This document shows positions 1 to 10,946 of a stretch of 64,000 bases of DNA, in pieces. The stretch is from Phoronis australis (Eukaryota; Animalia; Phoronida), in the NCBI GenBank assembly GCA_002633005.1, contig NMRA01000213.1, forward strand, positions 1-64,000, written 5' to 3'. The position numbers and the translations under genes are program-made. The notes beneath the pieces were generated by a model that saw only the letters and a list, made by a program, of their open reading frames with translations, was not told the DNA's origin and did no database searches. How positions within the stretch are numbered: position 1 is the stretch's first letter; each line of letters starts with the position of its first letter.

Positions 1-81
1 CTCGCAAGATTTGGGCCAATCACATGAAGGTGCTGAAGATGGTGCTCGACTCCAGTACGGTACACTTTTATACCTCTAATA

Positions 82-105
82 ATGGCCGGTGTGACAAGAT
101 CAGCT
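82..105 (+). CDS. IDH3A: IDH3A coding exon 1 (MAGVTRSA)
   Basis: ATG at 82, phase-0 donor GTGAGT at 106; resembles the short first exon of vertebrate IDH3A (MAG...); CCAAT box at about 16-20. Confidence 0.75.
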
Positions 106-3100
106 GTGAGTATTTCTCTCGATCATCGTGTTTATGAATTAGCCGCGGCTTGATTGTCATGTTATATATAAGTTATTGATTTCGTCTCGAACTAACTGAG
201 GTTTTGGTCCGGGATTTCATTGAACTGGATCTTCTTTATTGACCAGTGTTAGTAATCTTTACGCCTTAGCAGGTAGCTTCACTCACGTTGCCGAGACTGA
301 ACCAATCCTGAAGGCTGAACCCAACATGTTTGCGCTGATGTACTGCTATTCACTAACTCACTGGAGCTGATCTCGATATTTTTGGCACACTGTTCATCGA
401 GACTAACGCTTCTAGAGTTTATATAGGCTAAACCTTGAATGTGTACATCGCCTGACTAGGCTCGCGGTGGCCTTGGCGCAAAGCTTTATAGCCTTTATAA
501 AATATAGGCGATCACATCGCCCTGGATGCCGCAGGCATACATGAGCGATAGTACATTCCCACAAAAAGTTACTCATATCAAAATACAGGAAATAAAATCA
601 AATGAAACATACATATATGCACATGGACTTATAAACAACTCATACCGTAAGTAAGTTAGAAAACGATTCAGTCAAGATAATTTGAACAAATCGATGAAAA
701 TCTGTCACGGTTTGATCAAGTTTCTCTTACCGAGTGCCACTTTGAGGAAGTTATTTGAAATCACGCATGTTGACAAATAAAAAGGCCAAGGGACACAAAT
801 CTTACAAATTTCACCTGATTCTTTCTCATGCTATTTTGCAAGTGTCACGCGCTAGTGTCACGTGCTTCACTCTGTCACACGCTAACATTTGCCTAACTCA
901 CGTGACTCAGTTGACATACTTTGTGGTTATTGGTTATTGCGCACGCACTGAAAAAGTTAACGGCAACCAAAAAAGTGTAGTTTGAATTCTTCGCCAAAGT
1001 CAGCTTAATTCTCACAACTAAGCTTCATCGAAGATATGTATAGAAGTAGAAAGGACCAATGATGAAAGTAAGTGCTTTTTAAATGATAGTTTTAAGTGTG
1101 GAATGTATTTTTGACGAGATGGAAACTCAAAATCGGTGACCGGATTTGGGTCACCGCCCGTTTAAAATATATGTAACGAAATGCGTAGAGAAAGCGAATG
1201 GAAATATTGTAGCCCCTAAGTGGCCAACTGAGGGGCTACGTGTTGCCTATATAAAATACAGCTAAGAACCACCGTGTGTTGAGCTCCGATAGTCTTCATA
1301 CAGCTAGCTGGTTGGCAAGGGTCGCGCTAGACTTTTAAGGGTTTTAGACAATATGGCTCAAGCATCGGAAAACTTAGCTATTTTAAAAAAATTACCAGTC
1401 AAGTTTTACTAGTTCATTGATAAAAGTACAGTTACATGGACCAAACTTTTTATTTCATGCACAAAAGTCCTTTTCATAGATAAGACGTTTGCCTTAGGAC
1501 AAAAACAAATGGTCAACATTCCAAGGTCATACAGTAACCTACTAAGTTGGAGGGGATGTCAGCCGACATGGGTTTTATTATGACCTATCAAGTTTGGGCA
1601 GAGGTTCTCCCTATACTAGAGTTACTGCATGGGTTCCCCCTATCCCCGGCTACTAGGGAGGTACATTGGCCATGTGGGCATTTCATTGACCAATCTAACA
1701 AAAATTGGGCGNATTGATCAATCTAACAAAAATTGGGCGGGGATTACCCCTACCTCCGGGTTACGGCGGGGTACGCCAGCCACGTGGGCATTTTGATGAG
1801 CAAGACATTTGCATCCAAAACCAACTTGTGGCTTGCAAAATAAAACTAAATCATGTAGAGGAGGTAATATAAAACTCCGGTTTTATCCTCTGGGTAAGTA
1901 ATGCGGTCAGACCGGCCCACACCACGTCGCCAGTGTAAAAAGTTATTGAGTGACTTGGTCACATTTGTCGCGAAAATAGTCTTCTAGTGGTTGTTGACAT
2001 TGTCACTTGAAAACAACAAGCTCCAGCATCTACACAAGATCTCGCTATGAAGCGAGAAACTCCCATTACCAAGACCGCTGACTCCCCTACACAGCTGAAC
2101 ATTTCGTTGTTGTAAAAGAGTGATTTCAGGGAGAGTGACGGACATGAAATGGAACATTCACTTGGTATTGTTAGGACTCGGAAACGAAGTAAGAGTGTAC
2201 AGTCGTTTTTGGCGCGACTTGATTCGAGTTGACTGTGATTCGACACTCGCATAGGTTTCCAAACTTAATTTTTTATAGTCAAGTTGCGAAAGCATTCGCC
2301 AAGTTGGCGAACGGACTTAGCTCTGCAATCTCCAGTGCAGCTCAGAATTCGTCAATGGCCAGCGGGTAGTGCGAGCGGGTAGTGCGAGCGGGTAGTGCGA
2401 GCGGGTAGTGCGAGCGGGTAGTGCGAGCGGGTAGTGGGAGCGGGTAGTGCGAGCGGGTAGTGCGAGCCTAGCCTGGGTAGTTCTGGTTCCCTCGTCATGT
2501 AGACAGTAGTCACCGTCTCTAGCTTGCCGAGTAGAGACATTGGAGCCCCTATAGGAGCTTCATATGACAGAAGATTTTCGGCGAGTATACCTCACAATGA
2601 CTAAAACATCGAAGTCACGTTGTTATAAATACCTTTTGTGCATAGAGGTACACTTTAGGAAGCGGTCAATGCCTGTAATTATTTCCAACTCCACAAAATA
2701 GTCCTGTTATCGAATGTTTTCTTTGAGCAGTCACTTGCTTAGTTCCCAAAATTGGTAACTCTTCATTTTTACACTGCGCACACCAGGGGATATGATATCA
2801 TACCACTTGCCGCATGCAGTGTTAAAAATGGCGAGTTATCGATTGTGGGAAATGAATGAGGGTTTGCTCGAAGAAAAAGTTTGATAACATGAGTATTTCC
2901 TCGAGTTGGAAGGAATTAAATACATCAACGGCCTTCTATAAGGTGTTCCTCTATACACAAAAGGTTTCTATAACAAAGTGACTTAAATAATATGCAGGTT
3001 TGTCAAAAAGTTCCTGTTTGTTTTACATGATCATCATGAAATTTCTATTTTTAGCTTTCCCATTTGCGCCAAGGTAGCTTGAATTTCATCAGACAAAGTC

Positions 3101-6100
3101 AGCTGAGGCATTATTCACAGGTAAGACAAGCCATCAGTAGAGTGGATAGTCATCCCTCACAGATGTTATGGGCATTCTGATTGACAGCATTCGTTTTTTA
3201 ATTTCATGCAGTGGATTCTATTAGTAGCAACTGTATTTCTTTTGTCTTGTACCTCAATTCTGAAACAATTTTTTTTTCTCATGAATGGCATTATCCACGT
3301 AGACTTAGTAGCTCTGAAGCTCCGGTTACTCTCATGCCGCGTACCAGGGAAATTTGTACTCATATCATGCTCCGTGATTGGTTGATTTCTGAATCTGAGC
3401 TAAGTCTTAGTTTGGAGATTGGATGAGAAATGTAATGTCTTCGAATTACAAACCATAAGTTTATACATTTGTGAGAAAGTTTCTGTATTCATGAGAAGAA
3501 AATGTCACTTAATACAAGTGTTAGGAAAGAACGCATTAAACTGCTATGATCCACTTCTGTGCATCTACAGCTTAGAAGTTGAAATTGCATTTGTGTATGA
3601 CACAGTCCCATGAAGTCCGGTTTTAGTTTGTTTCTCCGGTCACTTCTACACTAGGTACATGTATCTACACTCTCTTGGTATAATTCCACAGCACCAGTCA
3701 CATACAATATACGAGATACATGTGTCTTTGTCGTCAAAAACCCATTAGTAACTTTCACTTGTGACAATATTTCAGAGGCAGACAGTAACATTGATACCTG
3801 GTGATGGCATCGGCCCTGAAATTTCGTCGGCAGTACAGAGGATCTTTGCTGCAGCTGATGTAAGTCATAGAGCTGTGTACGCGTGACGTCTGCTTTTGAA
3901 TTTGTCTGTCAAGTCGGATCACTTATGAGAATGATGTGGCTGATGGTCCTCTAATTCAACAATGTTTCAATGCACAGAACTGTGGCTACTTATCCATTTC
4001 TTTCGGTTCAGAATCCTTTTCAATGCAGGCTTAATCACTACAAAATTTTTACAGGTGTGCTCCACACATCTTCGCCATAGTCATGACAACTTAATTGACA
4101 GCTGAGCGTAATCACGTCACATTAAACTCCTGCGACAAACGATCAACCAAACCGACAAGCAATTCTGGCAAGAACTTTGTCATAGTTTGATGAAGTTGGG
4201 CAGAGTTCTGTCAAAGACTCTAGTTTGTTTTGAAAACTAGCTGTATTTAAGCTCTTCCTCTTTATCCGAGGATGACTTCTATTGATTTTGAATTCGTGAT
4301 TGGCTGTAACATTTCTGTTTGAGTTTTGCCTGAGTTTTTTATTGTCAATATGGTTTATCGCAGTAAAATTTCAATCTTCAAATTCAAACAAATTCACTGT
4401 AATTTTTCCATTTTTCAAACACCCATTGCAATGTTAAAAATGTTGGATATTTATTCTCCACTTAGTCTAGTTGTTTGGTCATTGATAGATATCCAGTATT
4501 TTCCAAGAATTTTTCCCCCCTGCTAGCTATCTTAATTTCGTTGTCTGAATGATTTAAAACAATACTTTCCTGTTTCACCAATAGGGTTTTGAGATGATGA
4601 AAGTTATGGCGTATGTTGATATTTGCTCACTCTGCCTCATAAATGTCGTTTAATAACTAGGTACCAGTGGATTGGGAACCCGTAGATGTCACGCCAATCC
4701 GTGGTCCGGATGGAAAATCGAGAATCCCTCAGAAAGCAATTGACTCTGTTGGTGTTAACAAAGTTGGTCTGAAGGGACCTCTAGCGACACCTGTTGGAAA
4801 AGGACATCAATCTCTCAATTTGGCTGTGAGAAAGTATGACCTTGGTATATTCCACTTTGCAGACGGCGCCTCTTCAAGCGCTCTGACTGCAAACTATTGG
4901 TTGTGACTAACTGGCAACACGCGACTTTTTCATCTGAGTATCGGACAAAATAGGTGAACATCGAGTTTCCTAATCTTTGTAATTCTATAGGTGGAAACCC
5001 ACATGAGATTTAACCAACCTTATGGTTTTTCCACCTGTCCATTGACATGCTAGCACCTTGACATAGGGAGAGTAGAGCAGAAACCCACCTTTCTACTAAA
5101 GGTCACTTGTTGTCCCTGTGTATGTTTGTCTGACATTCATGAGATTTTATGTGTGGCCTGTATCTCTGTTGTTTTCAGGCAGTTCAATCTTTATGCCAAT
5201 GTGCGTCCGTGTAAAAGTATAGATGGCTACGAGACAGCTTACGACAACGTGGACCTAGTCACAATACGTGAGAACACCGAGGGAGAATACTCAGGCATAG
5301 AACACATGGTAGGAGCTTTAAAGGAAGCGCCGCTAGCAGGTTTTATGTTCTGATCATAGCTATTGTCATGACACTCACTTGATCATGTTTACCTCAGTCA
5401 AAGTTTTGCACAAGATGAGTTTAGTCTCGTCTTGCCTTAGGGTTAGCTGATTTGCCATCCTGTGTCAAGTAATGCACTGCCACCTCTTGGCACGAAAATT
5501 TTGAATTGAAGGAAATGTCGTGCAAATATTTCATGCGCAGTTTTTAAAACGAAAAGGATGACATCAAGATTCAACAAATATTCGTTGCACAAAAGCGCAA
5601 TCAAATAGCTGGCCCATTTATTTTCAACTTCAATGCATTTTAATCATGGACAAAATCTCGACATCATCCTCGTGGAAATCGCGACATCTTGCCATGCAAA
5701 TCCATTTCAACAAACAATTAGCTGCCAGGCACAATCACTATGTTATTGCTACATATGTTTTCCCAAACTGCTATTGTGGCATATCTAGCTTGGCCGAGTC
5801 TGGCACAGTTCTGTCAAAGTCTGTCTAGTACATCTTGAAAATTTTTAACTGTACTGAACAAAAACCTTATTTTAGTAAAATGCTTGTGTAAAATCGTCCG
5901 TCAATGTTCATTTTTAGCAGAAGATAAGGGCACAAGTTTGACTCTTTTGAGAATATTGAGTTGGCGACTAATTCTTTAGAGAATTTCTTTCCTCAAGCAG
6001 TGTTGTGCCTAGTAGTTCACTGTGCTTCATTATGTTCAGTATTAAAACCCCATAGTTTAAACAAATTACTTTATATCTCATCAAAGTTTCTTACGCTCCA

Positions 6101-9100
6101 TCAAAGCTTTGACAAAAACCTAGAATGAACTCAGATGAGAAATAACACTATGTTAGTTTAAAAGTAAATGTAGGCAGTCTGGTACACGTAGTTCCAGACG
6201 TGTGCAGGCCGCTCTGGTGGGCCCATTACACTGATCACCTGGGGCCATTTTTATGCTTTATAGTTAAAACTGAGCTGAGCTAGAGACATGACTCAAGGGT
6301 ATAGCAGTGTGCTCCAGTTGGACTCGAACCCACGACCTTGACTAAAGGAAGCGAACACTTATCTTACATGGCCCCACTGCCTCCTCTTAAAACTGAAATT
6401 CAGTCTGGGTTTTTTGTTTGATATTTCATAATTTTTGCGACTACTGTTACAGTACTTTTCTGTATTGCCCAATATTTTTTAGATTGTTGACGGTGTGGTT
6501 CAGAGCATCAAACTCATCACAGAGGAGGCATCACGTCGTGTCGCACAGTTTGCGTTCAAGTACGCGCGTGAAACGGGAAGAAAGAACGTGACAGCTGTGC
6601 ACAAGGCCAACATAATGTGAGCATGCTGAGTCTACTGTATTTAAATTTGAAGAAATACATTTGGATATAGTTTCAGGATGGTGGTTTTTCTTAATCAGAC
6701 CAAGTGCCATGTTCATTATTCTCCCAGTGTTGTTATTTCGACCAAGTTTTTTTCCGGAATGTTTGAAGGAATTCTACTAAAACACAGTTTATTATAAATG
6801 AAGACTTACCTTTAAATGTTTTGACTGGAGATTGTTGTGAAATAAAAATAAAGTATTATATGAAATGCAACTTCATTTTGCAGTATAAAATAAAAGCATA
6901 AAATCAGTAGCTTTTTAGTGTGTACAGCTCGTCATCAGTGGAGTTGTGCATGAGCAAATTAAAGTTAATGATTTTAATATCTTTACGCTACAAGCCAAAA
7001 GCATTCAGACTTGGAATTCTCCATGGTGACGTCTAGGTCGAACTGAAGTTGATTGTCAAGAGTAATTTTCCTTCATTTAGGGAAATTATTGGGAACATTT
7101 AGTAAGGTGGCTGCCGTATCTATTACCAGTCATTTTTGCTGTTAACGGAATTTGCTGTTAATGGAATTAGCCGTTATGACGAGGCAACGCTCTTTTGTCT
7201 GACTACTTTTGTCTTGTACAGTATTTTATACTGGAGCGTAAATGTGCATTTCGTACCATGTATTACTTTCAAGACTAACCTTGCAGTCCATGTTCGCTTT
7301 TTTATTGGTTACATTGTTGGATTGTCGGTTTTAGTCAATGAGTCTAATCTTGACTTGTGTTATTTGTTTATCAGGCGCATGTCCGACGGCCTGTTCTTGC
7401 GATGTTGTCGAGAGGAAGCGGAGAAGAATAGAGACATCATTTTTGATGAGAGCTACCTTGACACAGTCTGTTTAAATGTAAATATGCTGTGCTCGTTATT
7501 TCTAATTAGTTTAAATCCAGGCACTTTTTGTGCACCTGTACTTGAAAGTATTACCACCATCTCCTACTGAGCTGGCATCTAGAATTTGGGGAATGCAAGT
7601 CCTTAACGGCTTGAAGGATTTCTATGAAATTTGAAGGATTTTCCGTATTAACAAAAGGGGAATGTGTGACATTAGATTATTTTCTAGTATGACAACTAGC
7701 TACTGGAGTGGAGATCAATTAATGTTAAACTGAATGATAGAGTATCCTGGTTATTATGCAGTCACGAAATGCTAAAGTCAAATCATTTCCCATTAAGCCC
7801 AATGTAAAATAATTTGCACAATGTCCCGAGTCATCGTCATATTCCCGGATATTGTAATTAAAAAATTAGCATGATTGATTCTCACCCATCTATTAGTCAT
7901 GCTTGATTTTGTGTTTAAAAACCAACTTAATTGTTAATTTTCAATTTGTTTGCTTTATTGGAACTCTGCACCAGGGGTAAAAATCAACCGTTTCTTGTTT
8001 AGCTGTCATATTCTCAGACTCCCCGCTTAGCATGATCAGCTTGTAAGAGTGATTGCGCTTGCCATCAAGTGATTACCCACTTAATGGAACATCCCGCTTA
8101 TTATCATAATTTACGAAATTGAGTCTATGACAATGAGCAACTACACTTTATGAAGACAATTTTATTTCTTCGCGCCTGTCATGAATCTGAATTCTCTTTA
8201 CTTACAGTTGCTGCAAATTCAGGTGTCGGTACAATTATTTTGCATTTGCACACCTCTTACTTACCTGTCAGGGGTGCGCCATATTGGGGACATGATGTTT
8301 TTATGACATCTTTGGGGCTACGTAGCAACCTTTGATCTGGACCATTCTCTCCCTTTCAGATGGTGCAAGACCCGTCTAAGTATGACGTCTTGGTAATGCC
8401 TAATCTTTACGGAGATATTCTCAGTGATCTGTGCGCTGGTCTCATCGGCGGTCTTGGCCTGACCCCTAGTGCTAATATAGGTGACGGTGTAGCAGTCTTT
8501 GAAGCAGTACGTATACGTATCGGTATTTGTGTGTTGTGTGTCATTTCCTTGCTGTGTGCAGTACAGTGACCAAGCGTCAGTTGTCTGACGAAACTTGTTG
8601 GAACTTGACTATCTCATGGCCATCTCAGTAGCCCTTCATCTCAGTGCAGTGTAGATCTTGTACATGGTAATGACAAATTGTTCAGAGTAAGATACGGACA
8701 TTGTTACAACTAGTGCAGGTTTTGTTTTGTTTCATCCACTGAAGATTATGACATGGCTCCAAATGTTTCTGGTCTCAACCAAGGGCAGTGGTCTATTCGT
8801 TGTAGTCCAAATCGAAATTATTCACCGCACATCTGTTTTGGAAACTTAAATTGAGTGTCTGTAGTGTGTACTCAGGTATATTTTGGTTTATGCATTTAGT
8901 AGAATTTCAAATTCATACTCGAATCTTTAGCTTTAGTCAACAGATACAAACAATTATCTGTGTAAGCCATTTTGCACTCTAGTGTAGAGTAATAGACGCT
9001 TAATCTTAAGTTCACACAATAGCAGAATAGAAAATGCCTACAATTAGTTTGATTTTGAATAAAAAAGATTCAGCAAACTAAACATTGTTGCGAGTTGGGC

Positions 9101-10384
9101 GAGAATTCGATAGATCTTGGTGTTTTGCACATGTATTCTGACTGTGGGCTTACCCCTCACCTGCTTAAACCCTCTTGACTTCAAACACTACTGTATTGTT
9201 TTCTTTAATATTTAGATTCATGGGACAGCCCCAAATGTGGACATTATGATGGCAGATATTCCCATGCTGTTTGTTTTATCCAGGTTCATGGGACAGCTCC
9301 AGACATTGCTGGTGAGGACAAAGCCAACCCAACTGCCCTTCTGCTCAGTGCAGTCATGATGTTGAGGTATATGCAACTGGAAAGTTATGCTGATAAGATC
9401 GAGACGGCTGCGAAGTCGGTCATTGCACAGAAACAGGTGAGCGCCATGTGCAGTGCTATTTTTTCTCCTGAGACCAGTAAGCCGGCTGCTACTATAGAGG
9501 GGGGGGGTTCATCCAGAACTTGTGTTGGCACATGCGGATCCCTCATCGATGTAGTGGTTAGTATGCATCATGGACATTTGGTACAGCTACATCTTTGCTG
9601 GGGAAACCTGGTAACCCAGATATACACTGTGTGAGGCACATCACTGTTGTCCTAGGCAGATGTTATGTAACTCAAACTTGTTCATTTGGTTTTGGCCAAA
9701 CATTACTGTTCTGTGTATATCTATTAAATATGTAAATTTAAACCTGAGTTGAGGACGTAGAGACCTGACTCAAGGGTCCATCAGTGTGCCCCAGGGGACT
9801 TAAACCTATGACCTTGAATAAAGGAATTAGATACTTCTCCCACTAGAACACACTGCCTTGGCGATTTCATGGTATTGTCTCGCTTCTCAAAAAGTGCCTG
9901 CAAGATTATTTAAAATTTAAATTCCAACTTGGATTAAGTCAAAAAGATGTTGAGGTCATTTTAAAACTTACCCCAAACCTCAAAATAAGTCTGAAAACTA
10001 CCTCTCTTTGACAGAACATTTTTTCCACAATCACGAACAACATACTGAGCATCTGTGCGTAAAAGCAAACATGATATAAAATGGTAGGGCTTCGAAATTT
10101 TTCCGCTCAAATTGCTGAATATCTCTCATTCCCAAGTGAATGTTGGTACTATGATAACTAAGGATAGTTTGATATGCTTAATTAATTTCACATTTGAACA
10201 GTATGTGGAAAATAATGACATTTAGCAATGCTGAAGATATTTTGATTGTCATTATTGTCACTGACATTGAGTCATGACTGATTGCATTTACTGACTATTT
10301 CAGACTGTCACTAGAGATCTTGGAGGAAATGCCAGCTGTAGCCAGTTCACCAATGCCATCTGTCAGGCTATTGAAACATCATGA
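82..10384 (+). CDS. IDH3A: Isocitrate dehydrogenase [NAD] subunit alpha, mitochondrial (whole gene, 10 coding exons, 364 aa)
   Basis: join(82-105,3055-3120,3776-3859,4661-4833,5179-5308,6483-6616,7375-7477,8360-8506,9284-9436,10304-10384). All introns are GT-AG with consistent phases. Translation has [81 protein letters not shown] and [10 protein letters not shown], as recalled for animal IDH3A. Confidence 0.96.
840..1073 (+). promoter_or_regulatory. Candidate intronic promoter and alternative IDH3A first exon (MMK|GTAAGT)
   Basis: E-boxes GTCACGTG (about 856-863) and TCACGTGAC (about 898-906), ATTGG, GCGCACGCA, then ATG ATG AAA (1059-1067) followed by GTAAGT in phase 0. Confidence 0.4.
2361..2467. 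repeat. 13-bp minisatellite (AGCGGGTAGTGCG) x8
   Basis: Eight near-perfect tandem copies read directly. Confidence 0.95.
2612..2984. mobile_element. ~370-bp foldback (long imperfect palindrome), MITE-like
   Basis: Arms pair along their length (e.g. accttttgtgcatagaggtacacttt with aaggtgttcctctatacacaaaaggt) around the central palindrome TATGATATCATA at 2791-2802. Confidence 0.8.
3055..3120 (+). CDS. IDH3A: IDH3A exon 2 ([22 protein letters not shown]; transit peptide)
   Basis: tttttag acceptor, CAG|GTAAGA donor; Arg/Ser/Leu-rich with no acidic residues, like a mitochondrial presequence. Confidence 0.85.
3776..3859 (+). CDS. IDH3A: IDH3A exon 3 ([28 protein letters not shown])
   Basis: tttcag / GTAAGT; conserved IPGDGIGPE motif. 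Confidence 0.95.
4661..4833 (+). CDS. IDH3A: IDH3A exon 4
   Basis: [10 protein letters not shown]...[23 protein letters not shown]; tag / GTATGA, ends phase 2. Confidence 0.93.
5179..5308 (+). CDS. IDH3A: IDH3A exon 5
   Basis: [13 protein letters not shown]...[15 protein letters not shown]; ttttcag / GTAGGA. Confidence 0.95.
6220..6383 (-). mobile_element. tRNA-derived SINE copy
   Basis: Minus strand has B-box GGTTCGAGTCC (6320-6330) in a tRNA-like head; a diverged second copy is at about 9740-9858. Confidence 0.65.
6483..6616 (+). CDS. IDH3A: IDH3A exon 6
   Basis: [17 protein letters not shown]...[10 protein letters not shown]; ttttag / GTGAGC. Confidence 0.95.
7375..7477 (+). CDS. IDH3A: IDH3A exon 7
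   Basis: [13 protein letters not shown]...YLDTVCLN; atcag / GTAAAT. Confidence 0.95.
8360..8506 (+). CDS. IDH3A: IDH3A exon 8
   Basis: [41 protein letters not shown]...FEA; tttcag / GTACGT. Confidence 0.96.
9284..9436 (+). CDS. IDH3A: IDH3A exon 9
   Basis: [30 protein letters not shown]...; atccag / GTGAGC. Confidence 0.95.
9740..9858 (-). mobile_element. tRNA-derived SINE copy (same family as 6220-6383)
   Basis: Shares tgactcaagggt...cagtgtg...gaccttga.taaaggaa...cactgcct with the first copy. Confidence 0.6.
10304..10384 (+). CDS. IDH3A: IDH3A exon 10 (terminal coding exon)
   Basis: [26 protein letters not shown]; tttcag acceptor, TGA at 10382-10384. Confidence 0.93.
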   Translation, partial: TVTRDLGGNASCSQFTNAICQAIETS

Positions 10385-10946
10385 TACAAAGGGTTCACTT
10401 GTCTGGCAGAGCAATTCCAGTGTTGCAAATCCTTTGTAGGCAATAAGTTATTCACTGCAGCGATGTTTAGTTATTTTACTCGGTAGGTGTTGAATTCTCT
10501 TTTATAATAATATCGTATTTATGGGTGTAGTCTGGGAGAGAAGTGTGGGCCTCGTCATTCACTCACTTTTTTCAGCCAAGAAACGCTCCCTTCGTAATAT
10601 TCCACTTTCATTTTTTCGATGTGCGGTGGTCTAAAGTTAGTTGAATTTCAAGTTATGTTTCACTTCTACACACGTGTTGTTAGGTTATGAGTAAAATAAG
10701 TTGTGTCAGTGTTTGATTCCTCATCAGTTTTCAGCATCCTCCACCATTTTTTCTAGGACTACACCTGCGATTGTGTCGATATTTTATTAAGCTGGTGATG
10801 AGTTGTGTTCTACTGTGGTGTTTAATTTGGCCTATGTCTTGACATGTGACAGCTCAGAATAAGGAATGTTAGCCTGTTGACATCAAGTTGAACAGAAAAG
10901 TGCGTGGTCTGTTGTCGAGTGTATCTATTGAAATACTTGAGCCCTT

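Noticed and set aside
1686-1740. Direct repeat ATTGA(C/T)CAATCTAACAAAAATTGGGCG around an N at 1712
   Set aside because: A short overlap on both sides of a single N is typical of a contig-join artifact.
2352-2540. Repetitive 62-aa ORF, and ATG at 2355 as IDH3A start
   Set aside because: Product of the 13-bp repeat; the ATG runs into TAG, and the nearby GT is a weak donor in the wrong phase for exon 2.
6301-6383. Functional tRNA gene on the minus strand
   Set aside because: A B-box is present but there is no intact cloverleaf, and a diverged second copy shares downstream body sequence, so it is better explained as a SINE.
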